This document shows, in pieces, positions 37,507 to 44,572 of a DNA stretch of 53,932 nucleotides. Origin of the DNA: a virus. Taxonomy: Duplodnaviria; Caudoviricetes. Position 1 is the stretch's first letter; each line of letters begins with the position of its first letter. The notes below the pieces were generated by a model. The model saw only the letters and a list, made by a program, of their open reading frames with translations. It was not told the DNA's origin and searched no databases. The DNA lies in the IMG/VR virus record IMGVR_UViG_3300030116_005302, positions 1 through 53,932 of that record. One strand, given 5' to 3'. The position numbers and the translations under genes are program-made.

Positions 37507-38048
37507 ATGACTGTCTCCTTTTGTACAGAGTTCATGGTTATTGTGTAGTATCTTTTATATGGGTCATCTAATATTGCATTTTCTATTTTTTTCTCCAATT
37601 GTTTATGGGTATTAAGTCCGCACCAACGTCTAATTGTTCGTGCTGAAGAAGGCCCACGTTTAAATATTCTGTCATTAATTATCATAAGATCCATGTCTTC
37701 ATTAATGCATTGAAAGTTTGCAGCCAAGAACGCTACTCTAAATGGAATTTTTATATCGTATAAATTCTGTGAAGGAGCAGGTTCTCTTAATTTTTCTGCA
37801 TAATCAGGTAATACAGCTACTTCATACTGATAAGATGTAGCTATTTTATGTAAAATAGTAAGCCGTGCTTTATCTTTTGGATAATTTAAATATGTATCTG
37901 TATAACCATACTCCCACGGAGTAGTATAGGTTGTGACCATATCTTCTGGAGTTTGAAGTATAGGGTTTAGATCAATACTGTGTTCTACATACATGCAAGC
38001 ACTTAGCTCATTTACAAGACTGGTTATAAATTTGTTTTCATATTTCAT
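37503..38048 (-). CDS. Hypothetical protein
   Basis: 181 aa, with ATGA overlaps on both sides. Confidence 0.7.
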   Translation of the reverse strand: MKYENKFITSLVNELSACMYVEHSIDLNPILQTPEDMVTTYTTPWEYGYTDTYLNYPKDKARLTILHKIATSYQYEVAVLPDYAEKLREPAPSQNLYDIKIPFRVAFLAANFQCINEDMDLMIINDRIFKRGPSSARTIRRWCGLNTHKQLEKKIENAILDDPYKRYYTITMNSVQKETVI

Positions 38049-38482
38049 TCGTTCCTTCCTATTCTGATATTCAATTGTTCTCGATTAAATAAAGCCAAGT
38101 ACTCATCTTTTAATCTTTCTCCGATATTAGATATTTTTTTCGCTTTGAAACAAGCTTCTTTATAGTTTCTATCCTGGTCAGCCTTGTACAATTCTTTAAT
38201 ATGTTTTTGTAACTGGCACACAAAATGTGCGATATCTGTTTCTGGGAATTTATTTTTTCTTTCTAACTTATCTAACTCTCCACGTATTTTTTCAGTGGCA
38301 GCTGCTATGTAAGTATTCTCTATGTAAGCTTCAAGACTCTCTGGGTTACAACCGCCAAGAGTATCGCGCATGTTATTCAATACATCATTCATCTCTAGCT
38401 TTAGATTGGTTTCATCAAGATCAGGATGTAGTTTTGCAAACAAAGGCAGGTATGGTTCTGCCCATTCATTTACGAACGGCAT
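38045..38482 (-). CDS. Hypothetical protein
   Basis: 145 aa; GAGGAG RBS. Confidence 0.7.
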   Translation of the reverse strand: MPFVNEWAEPYLPLFAKLHPDLDETNLKLEMNDVLNNMRDTLGGCNPESLEAYIENTYIAAATEKIRGELDKLERKNKFPETDIAHFVCQLQKHIKELYKADQDRNYKEACFKAKKISNIGERLKDEYLALFNREQLNIRIGRNE

Positions 38483-38570
38483 TATCTATCTCCTCTATAA
38501 CTTTAATTAATTTTTCTGCGAGCTCAGTGTCTTCGTCTGTATCAAATTCGATGGTGATTTTAATTTTCAC
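38466..38570 (-). CDS. Possible 34-aa protein
   Basis: GTG start overlapping the upstream stop; MKIKITIEFDTDEDTELAEKLIKVIEEIDNAVRK. Confidence 0.5.
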   Translation of the reverse strand: MKIKITIEFDTDEDTELAEKLIKVIEEIDNAVRK

Positions 38571-38848
38571 TACATCTTCCTTATTTCTTCATACTCAGTG
38601 AACTCGTCAGGATCTTCATGCTTGTCGATTTCTTCTTCAATGATTACATCTTCTTGAATAGAAAAGTTTGGGTCCAGGTTTTCGATTGTAATTGTAGGCC
38701 CATACTTGACCATGATAGTTATAGTTTTAGTAGGATCTTTAGGGTCTCTTTCTTTAGTACTCCAGAGCCCACGAGGATCCAGCTTTTTAATTTCTCCGAT
38801 TACTGTAGTAGCAACCGTTTTAAATTTATCTGGTATTTGTATCCACAT
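38570..38848 (-). CDS. Hypothetical early protein with an acidic tail
   Basis: 92 aa; AAGGAG RBS. Confidence 0.7.
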   Translation of the reverse strand: MWIQIPDKFKTVATTVIGEIKKLDPRGLWSTKERDPKDPTKTITIMVKYGPTITIENLDPNFSIQEDVIIEEEIDKHEDPDEFTEYEEIRKM

Positions 38849-38849
38849 A

Positions 38850-39089
38850 TCAATCTCCTTTTGTTATTTGCGATAGTGCTGTTTCATACCTTGCATAATT
38901 TTCGTTGTACATTTCCATTAGTTTTTCGATAGCTTTAACACCTTCTTCTTTACCATCACGCAAGCCACTTCTATATCCTCTATCAAAGGCCTTTGCTACT
39001 TCCAGTTCATATTGCTCCATGTCCTGTGCAATAGCATGTTCTGCTGCCTGCATAGTTTCATTGTAATGTTTATCTTCCTGATCACTCAT
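38850..39089 (-). CDS. Hypothetical early protein
   Basis: 79 aa; GAGGAG RBS; contains a short GxxxG run (FDRGYRSGLRDGKEEG). Confidence 0.7.
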   Translation of the reverse strand: MSDQEDKHYNETMQAAEHAIAQDMEQYELEVAKAFDRGYRSGLRDGKEEGVKAIEKLMEMYNENYARYETALSQITKGD

Positions 39090-39289
39090 ACTAGATTCTC
39101 CTCGTGATTAACTGATTGATAAAGGGAATCAACTGTCTCCCTGTACTCTGCCCGATCATATCTTTCAATAGGTATCTCAGATACAAGCAAGCGAAACTTT
39201 GCAAGCTTAACTCTTTCACTTACTAATCTGGTTTTCATAGCAGCTAGTTCTTCCTGCAGTTCTACATTAGTCTTTCTGTTCTTCGGCAT
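39086..39289 (-). CDS. Hypothetical early protein
   Basis: 67 aa; AAGGAG RBS. Confidence 0.7.
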   Translation of the reverse strand: MPKNRKTNVELQEELAAMKTRLVSERVKLAKFRLLVSEIPIERYDRAEYRETVDSLYQSVNHEENLV

Positions 39290-39488
39290 AGTAATCTCCT
39301 TCAGATGTTACCCATCTGTTTCCAACTTCTAATGCTTCGTCTTTATCTTTACAGAACTCTACCCAAGGTAGATATGTTTCTTCTCCAGGGTACATGTACA
39401 CCTTGTACATATCTGCGGTTGATAAATACTCAACGTCTGCAGATTTTCCTGTGGTATAACAATGTAGTTTTATCTTCTTCATAGGCAT
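39267..39488 (-). CDS. Hypothetical early protein
   Basis: Start revised to the ATG at 39488, behind AAGGAGG. Confidence 0.65.
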   Translation of the reverse strand: MPMKKIKLHCYTTGKSADVEYLSTADMYKVYMYPGEETYLPWVEFCKDKDEALEVGNRWVTSEGDYYAEEQKD

Positions 39489-39530
39489 GGTAGTCCTCCT
39501 TTTTGCCGTGCAAGCTAGTCCCCCCAGTAT

Positions 39531-39564
39531 AAAAAAACCCCAGCTCAAATACATGAGCCAGGGC
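39531..39564 (-). terminator. Rho-independent terminator
   Basis: Minus strand CCCTGGCTCA-tgtatt-TGAGCTGGGG-TTTTTTT. Confidence 0.7.
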
Positions 39565-39723
39565 TTCTCAAGGAGGACGCTACTTTGAACTCACGCAGGA
39601 GTAGCCAACCTACGGACACCGAGGGCCGTGTCATATTTACCGCTGTCTTCTCTGTGTCTAGGCTTATTACAGTTCGGTAGCTCACATATTTTTATAGTAG
39701 ACGGAGCACAACTACTACCGTAG

Positions 39724-40518
39724 CTAGCACTTGATAGTAAATGCTAGCGTTTCCTTACCAGTAAGACGCGAACCTTTGACAGTACGGTGATTCTCGTCAA
39801 TGTATGTAGCTGATCGTATCAACTTGAACACAATCTGATTACGTACTCTTTTGACAGTAGCATCAGACAGATAGTTTGGTTGCTTGTTCCAACCAGCTTT
39901 CTCCCATGCCATGGTATGCAACAGATACCATGTACCTGCTTCACGAGAACTGTTCATCATAGCTTCCTGGTACTTTTCCAAATACTCAGGCAGGTCACCA
40001 GACAAATCAGCCTTGGATGCTTGAGACTCGAACAGATACCTACGGTATGCCCGCTCTGCCAATGCAGACTCACAAGCGTTACCGATACCTGATACAAGAC
40101 CAAATACTTTTGGCTTGGAACAACCAGATATCATCGACTGGTAGGCATCGTCCATTACCTTGTGGTCTGGGTCGTTAGTACCAAAGTCAATCATACCTTG
40201 AAGGTTATCCGCTTCCATACCTTCACGGTACGCAGATACTACAGCTTCAACTGTAGCTTCAGTAGGTATCAGATGCATCTGACCATCAGGCCATTCCTTA
40301 CCCCAGTAGTCCAAGCTACTTGGCTTATAATCTCGAAGCGCCCACTCCGGGAACTCTGGATTATCGACTGCATCTTGTCTGGCAGTAGCTCCTTCAGGGT
40401 CAGCGATAGTATCGTCTCGCACTGCAACATTCAGGTCAGTCTTATCAGGTGCTACTAGCTCTTCACGATCACCTAGATCACGAGGGTCTATACTTGGTGC
40501 ATAATTAGTCAACGTCAT
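39724..40518 (-). CDS. Hypothetical early protein (264 aa)
   Basis: Long ORF with an AAGGAG RBS; no recognised motif. Confidence 0.8.
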   Translation of the reverse strand: MTLTNYAPSIDPRDLGDREELVAPDKTDLNVAVRDDTIADPEGATARQDAVDNPEFPEWALRDYKPSSLDYWGKEWPDGQMHLIPTEATVEAVVSAYREGMEADNLQGMIDFGTNDPDHKVMDDAYQSMISGCSKPKVFGLVSGIGNACESALAERAYRRYLFESQASKADLSGDLPEYLEKYQEAMMNSSREAGTWYLLHTMAWEKAGWNKQPNYLSDATVKRVRNQIVFKLIRSATYIDENHRTVKGSRLTGKETLAFTIKC

Positions 40519-40606
40519 AGTAATTCTCCTTAAGATTAGGATTAACAGTTACAAGGACTAAGTCCTCATTAAATAAACTCTCTATAAAAATCAATATCTC
40601 TTCCAT
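40505..40606 (-). CDS. Possible 33-aa acidic peptide
   Basis: AAGGAGGT RBS; MEEILIFIESLFNEDLVLVTVNPNLKENYYDVD. Confidence 0.45.
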   Translation of the reverse strand: MEEILIFIESLFNEDLVLVTVNPNLKENYYDVD

Positions 40607-40678
40607 GAAATACCTCCTTGATAGAAAAAAGAGAGAAAAAATAACAATAAAAAGTCTCCGATTAATATAAAAATATCT

Positions 40679-41035
40679 TTATGCCACCTCCTTTATCATT
40701 GGTAGATGTGCCCATGCACTTGCTACTTCTGCTATTAATACTTGTACATGTTCAATGTCATTTACATCGTTTAATTTTTTTGCACGGAAGCATTTCCTAA
40801 TACAATGCAGATACAAATCATTTAATTTCTCGGACAATTCATAACCTTTTTCTTTACCTTCCGTTAATGACGCCTGCAATGCGAACAATAACTCTACAGC
40901 TCGGTTGATTTCTCGGTCTTTATCCTCTAGTGCACCACTGCGCATTGCATCTTCTGCTTTACCGAGGGCTTCCAATAATGCAGTAAGCAATTGCATAATT
41001 AGTTCAATTCCGTCTTTCATTTCTTCTTTTTTCAT
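40679..41035 (-). CDS. fliS: FliS-like flagellin export chaperone homologue
   Basis: ELIMQL....L..L.KA..A.......K...INRA.ELL..LQASL...KG.ELS.KL..LY......L/C..A...ND...IE.V..LI.EV.SAW matches the FliS four-helix pattern. ATG at 41035 behind AAGGAGG. Confidence 0.8.
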   Translation of the reverse strand: MKKEEMKDGIELIMQLLTALLEALGKAEDAMRSGALEDKDREINRAVELLFALQASLTEGKEKGYELSEKLNDLYLHCIRKCFRAKKLNDVNDIEHVQVLIAEVASAWAHLPMIKEVA

Positions 41036-41069
41036 GTCATATCCTCCTTGAAATGGATAAATAATTAAA

Positions 41070-41119
41070 AAATACAATGGAAAATGCTCACTCGAAGACC
41101 CCGTGAGGGGGCTGAGTGG
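41070..41119 (-). promoter_or_regulatory. Early hairpin cassette D (upstream of the fliS-like gene)
   Basis: Plus strand AAATACAATGGAAAATGC followed by a CCCC-GTGA-GGGG stem-loop. Confidence 0.65.
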
Positions 41120-41136
41120 TTAATTTTTAACCGATT

Positions 41137-41425
41137 TGTGCCAGTAACAAGGCCTTGTGCCAGCACTGTGCCAGCAACTGTGCCATGTAAAACGAGCCTT
41201 AAGTATTTGTATTGCATAATGAATCATGGTTCTGTGCCACTTGTGCCACTTACTTTTACTAAGTTAAACATAGAACATATTTATTATTTAACGCCCGCAT
41301 ATTGTAAACCAACTTGAAAATGCTGGCACAGCTGGCACAACTGGCACAGATTTACGATTTATGGTTTACGATCAATGGTTTACGTCCGTGCCAGCAAGCA
41401 AATCCTGTCTGGCACAGGTGGCACG
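41137..41425. repeat. Inverted iteron array (TGTGCCA/TGGCACA), probable replication origin
   Basis: TGTGCCA at 41137, 41156, 41167, 41179, 41233 and 41242; AT-rich core at ~41250-41320; TGGCACA at 41324, 41333, 41342 and 41410; variants at 41387 and 41419. Confidence 0.75.
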
Positions 41426-41573
41426 AAGCGTTATTATGTGGTGCCTCGCGCTTGGACGTGGTTCTTGGAGCAAGAATGCTTGTCACTTGCAAGCAAGCAA
41501 CGCCCGCAAGCATAAACCTTGGGCAAGCAAGCATGGACCCCGATACAAGCCCGGCATCCATAACGCCCGCATA

Positions 41574-41606
41574 ATAAAAAAACCCCCCAGACTTTCGTCC
41601 GGGAGG
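41574..41606 (-). terminator. Rho-independent terminator
   Basis: Minus strand CCTCCCGGAC-GAAA-GTCTGGGGG-TTTTTTT, downstream of gene 41624..41836. Confidence 0.8.
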
Positions 41607-41623
41607 CTTCTCTAGGAGGAAAC

Positions 41624-41836
41624 TTATTCAAAGATATATACTTCACAGGCTATCCTCTTAACCTGGTATATCTGGTTCTGTCCATCAAACACTTGGCATC
41701 TTAAACCGTCTCTTTCCCACACTAACGCGAGAGTCGAGGCTTGACTGGCTGATACGTCAGACCAACCTGCAAAGTGGTCGTAGATTACTAACACTAGACC
41801 TGCAACAACAGCCCATAATACTATTTTAGTTTTCAT
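41624..41836 (-). CDS. Small early protein with an N-terminal TM/signal segment
   Basis: GAGGAG RBS; MKTKIVLWAVVAGLVLVIY; two Cys. Confidence 0.7.
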   Translation of the reverse strand: MKTKIVLWAVVAGLVLVIYDHFAGWSDVSASQASTLALVWERDGLRCQVFDGQNQIYQVKRIACEVYIFE

Positions 41837-42013
41837 TTACTTCTCCTCCTTTAGCTTGGCTTCTTCCTCAGCTACTGCTTTGGCAAAGTCATTTCCTGCT
41901 TGCTTAACGTAAGCCACTGCTTTCGGAGTAACTCTCTTAAGCCAGGTGCCCACTACTCGTGTGCCAGCTACTGCTTTATCTTTTAACTCTTCAGTATTTA
42001 CTTCTACTTTCAT
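41837..42013 (-). CDS. 58-aa early protein (absent from the ORF track)
   Basis: AGGAGG RBS; MKVEVNTEELKDKAVAGTRVVGTWLKRVTPKAVAYVKQAGNDFAKAVAEEEAKLKEEK. Confidence 0.7.
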   Translation of the reverse strand: MKVEVNTEELKDKAVAGTRVVGTWLKRVTPKAVAYVKQAGNDFAKAVAEEEAKLKEEK

Positions 42014-42046
42014 CTCTATCCTCCTAGATAGTTAAATTAAACTAAG

Positions 42047-42100
42047 AAATACAATAAAAAATGCCGACTATCAGATTCCGCGAGGAACCTGATAGTCAGC
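42047..42100 (-). promoter_or_regulatory. Early hairpin cassette C
   Basis: Plus strand AAATACAATAAAAAATGC overlapping the stem GCCGACTATCAG-ATTCC-GCGA-GGAAC-CTGATAGTCAGC. Confidence 0.7.
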
Positions 42101-42107
42101 TGTTGGG

Positions 42108-42416
42108 TTATGACTCTAAGTCGAGCTCTTTGTCTGCGTCTGTAGCTTTCCTATGAATCCAAATACCACCTTTGAAGTCAAATTCTCCAGTGCTGTATGC
42201 AGATTCTATAAGGAGTTCAGCTTCTTGTCCGTTCTTAAGCATACCCTTAGACTCAACGACACATTTCACAATGCCTTTATCATCGTAAGACCATGCACAC
42301 CAGGCTCTAACTCTACCATTAGGTAGCTTGATAGCCTTGATTGTTACGGCATTGTGAAGCCTCCAATAAGGCCGTTCTTCCCATTGGTTAGTATTGTTTT
42401 GATTTTCTGTAGTCAT
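42108..42416 (-). CDS. Hypothetical early protein (102 aa)
   Basis: Start revised to the ATG at 42416, behind AGGAGG. Confidence 0.75.
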   Translation of the reverse strand: MTTENQNNTNQWEERPYWRLHNAVTIKAIKLPNGRVRAWCAWSYDDKGIVKCVVESKGMLKNGQEAELLIESAYSTGEFDFKGGIWIHRKATDADKELDLES

Positions 42417-42445
42417 GATAGACCTCCTAGTTAAATTGAAATAAA

Positions 42446-42490
42446 AAATACAATAGAAAATGCAAACTACGGCCATCGTGAGATGGCCAT
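42446..42490 (-). promoter_or_regulatory. Early hairpin cassette B (45-bp direct repeat)
   Basis: AAATACAATAGAAAATGCAAACTAC-GGCCATC-GTGA-GATGGCC-AT; 44/45 identical to 42699-42743. Confidence 0.8.
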
Positions 42491-42512
42491 AGAATGCTAG
42501 AAGATGCTTGGG

Positions 42513-42668
42513 CTAAGTTTCAGACTCTGGCATTGGTAAAACCAAAGTGTTTCCTTCGAAGCCTAGTGCTATTAGTTCTTCGAAAGTTTTATTAGCGTAT
42601 TTTTCGTTAAACTCCTTAAAAGACATATGTTTAGGAATTATTATAGTCTCGACTAGTTCTTCTTCCAT
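42513..42668 (-). CDS. 51-aa acidic early protein (absent from the ORF track)
   Basis: GGAGGA RBS; MEEELVETIIIPKHMSFKEFNEKYANKTFEELIALGFEGNTLVLPMPESET; flanked by the two 45-bp repeats. Confidence 0.7.
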   Translation of the reverse strand: MEEELVETIIIPKHMSFKEFNEKYANKTFEELIALGFEGNTLVLPMPESET

Positions 42669-42698
42669 AAGTTCCTCCATGGATAAGTAATTAATAAT

Positions 42699-42743
42699 AA
42701 ATACAATAGAAAATGCAAACTACGGTCATCGTGAGATGGCCAT
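42699..42743 (-). promoter_or_regulatory. Early hairpin cassette A (45-bp direct repeat)
   Basis: Same as cassette B, with one C>T change in the stem. Confidence 0.8.
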
Positions 42744-42871
42744 TGATTGCGAGTGAATGAATTACGATTGAGTGGACGAGTAACAAAGATAGAGAGCGTA
42801 TGCGAACGTGTGTCTAGACACATCTTTGTTACGTAGTCCACGATTGAGTAATGAGCGAGCAATGGAATGGA

Positions 42872-43045
42872 TTAGATTTCAGTGAATACGTTGTATCCAT
42901 CCATGAAACCCCTAATGGATTCAGAGATGATTTCCGATGTTTCGGCTTCTACCCATTTTCCGTTTTCCCAGGTTCGTTGTAAGTAGATGATTTTCGTGAG
43001 TGTTACTTCTAGTACATAGATGAAAGCTAAGAAGATGATAGTCAT
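42872..43045 (-). CDS. Possible first early gene (57 aa)
   Basis: ATG at 43045 behind GAGGT; hydrophobic N-terminus. Confidence 0.45.
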   Translation of the reverse strand: MTIIFLAFIYVLEVTLTKIIYLQRTWENGKWVEAETSEIISESIRGFMDGYNVFTEI

Positions 43046-43327
43046 GGTACATACCTCATGATTGATTGAAGTTAAATAATTCATAGAAGTTGCTTACTGA
43101 CACAATGCGCGAGCGTTGGGTCCTCTTTGCAAATGGGGCCCCATACGTAAAATGCAAAACAAGGTTCCAATATGAAAATCGGGGGTTAGGTGTGCTGTGG
43201 AGGCAAGGTATAGATGAGTGACAGAGCGGTATATACAAAAAATTTTTTGAAAATTTTTTCAGCAAAAATTTGCCAAACAACTTGTTTATCCTGTATATTT
43301 CAGAAAATTAACCATAATTCGTAGGCC

Positions 43328-43837
43328 ATGGACAAAGATATCGAACCATCGGAACAGTACGAAGTCCCCGAGCATGTGGAATTCCAGTCCAAAATGCCGT
43401 ACATGGGGCTACATACTAATGAATTAACGGTCCAGGAAGAGCGTTTCATCAATTTAATAGCAAGTGGCATGACAATTACTGCTGCTGGACGTGCTGTCGG
43501 GTATAAAACACGGCATTATGCCAGCAGGGTTGCTAATAAACCCAAGATTAAACAAGCACTTGACTATCTCAAACAGGAATTACGTGAAGAAACCAAGTTT
43601 ACACGGGCTCATGCGCATAAAATGTACATGGATACGTACATTGCGTCTGCAAATGCTACAGAAATGAAAGGCACCGTGGATTCTTTGTGTAAGTTGCACG
43701 GATTACACCAGCCTGACAACGCAACTCAGGTCAATATTAATGTAAATGGGGTAAAACAGCTGGAAAGAATGAGTGATGAAGAGTTACTTAAGATAGCTGG
43801 GCACTCCGAAAACTATCTGGAGCCTGATAATGGCTGA
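43328..43837 (+). CDS. terS: Terminase small subunit
   Basis: HTH-like LT.QEERF...GMT.TAA.RAVGY, C-terminal KLHGL...ERMSDEELL; upstream of TerL. Confidence 0.8.
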   Translation: MDKDIEPSEQYEVPEHVEFQSKMPYMGLHTNELTVQEERFINLIASGMTITAAGRAVGYKTRHYASRVANKPKIKQALDYLKQELREETKFTRAHAHKMYMDTYIASANATEMKGTVDSLCKLHGLHQPDNATQVNINVNGVKQLERMSDEELLKIAGHSENYLEPDNG

Positions 43838-44435
43838 AGAAAGAAGTACTTTTAATTTTAAAGAAGCCGATATAAAAAGTTTTTTGGATAATCCCTCAAT
43901 TGAGGGTTTTGGTAAACTTACTGCAGGTGCAAATGCTGCAAATGTCCGTCCTTCTACCCCAAATATGGAGGAATCTTCACAGCGTATGGAGATGTCTAAA
44001 CTAGGTAGAGGTGCTTCTAGTGAAATGGGCGGAAATTTACATGGCGCTCTTCCTAAATCTGACCCTCGTTATAAACGGAATAAGTTAAATACCAGTATAG
44101 GGGGGTCTATTGAAGACGTGCCCTTGTATTCTAATGAAAATATGGGCATAACAGGTTCGGCAAGAGCTAATATATCTAATTTAATCGGGGACCTTCCTCC
44201 TGTTTTAGCTACAATTGGCGGTGTAAATATAACTTTTCCCAAAAGCAGTTTTGGTATTGGTATAGATTACGGTGAAACCCGGACATTGGGCGGCATGCCT
44301 TCAAATACTTACCAAACAGGTAATATTTCTGCCAGAAAAGATGATGTGTTTGGGGGGACTCTTGGTGCTAATGTAAGGTTTGCTGAAAATCAAGACCCGT
44401 ATTTTGGCCTGACTTATAATAAAAGGTTTGATTAA
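43830..44435 (+). CDS. Hypothetical protein with a beta-barrel-like C-terminal half
   Basis: Alternating Gly/hydrophobic strands ending in YFGLTYNKRFD. Confidence 0.65.
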   Translation: MAEERSTFNFKEADIKSFLDNPSIEGFGKLTAGANAANVRPSTPNMEESSQRMEMSKLGRGASSEMGGNLHGALPKSDPRYKRNKLNTSIGGSIEDVPLYSNENMGITGSARANISNLIGDLPPVLATIGGVNITFPKSSFGIGIDYGETRTLGGMPSNTYQTGNISARKDDVFGGTLGANVRFAENQDPYFGLTYNKRFD

Positions 44436-44572
44436 TGCAAATAGCACCGATAAACAGAAACCATTACCAAAAACCTTTGGTACCGCAAAATGAACAACGG
44501 CCTCAACCAGAGCCAAAAGAGCTTGTTGAGCGCAAAAAACCAGAGACCAATAAAGTGGATAAATACGTATAG
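44435..44572 (+). CDS. 45-aa peptide (absent from the ORF track)
   Basis: TAATG overlap upstream and a stop abutting the TerL ATG; MQIAPINRNHYQKPLVPQNEQRPQPEPKELVERKKPETNKVDKYV. Confidence 0.6.
   Translation: MQIAPINRNHYQKPLVPQNEQRPQPEPKELVERKKPETNKVDKYV

Noticed and set aside
38850-39089. FliH-like flagellar protein (GxxxG run)
   Set aside because: Only four Gly repeats in a 79-aa protein, with no FliH C-terminal domain; such runs are common in phage hypotheticals.
41084-41646. Five overlapping ORFs on both strands listed in the ORF track
   Set aside because: They lack good RBSs, their peptide repeats (VPA/VPL, LAQLAQ) are by-products of the iterons, and the region is bounded by a terminator and a cassette.
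41137-42743. Repeats as a CRISPR array, with the Cas4-like nuclease as a cas gene
   Set aside because: There is no regular repeat-spacer periodicity, and the nuclease is a standalone replication-module exonuclease with no cas1 or cas2.
44420-44453. Sigma28 promoter (ACCGATAA -10-like box)
   Set aside because: There is no TAAA -35 element at the required 15-nt spacing, and the box lies within coding sequence.
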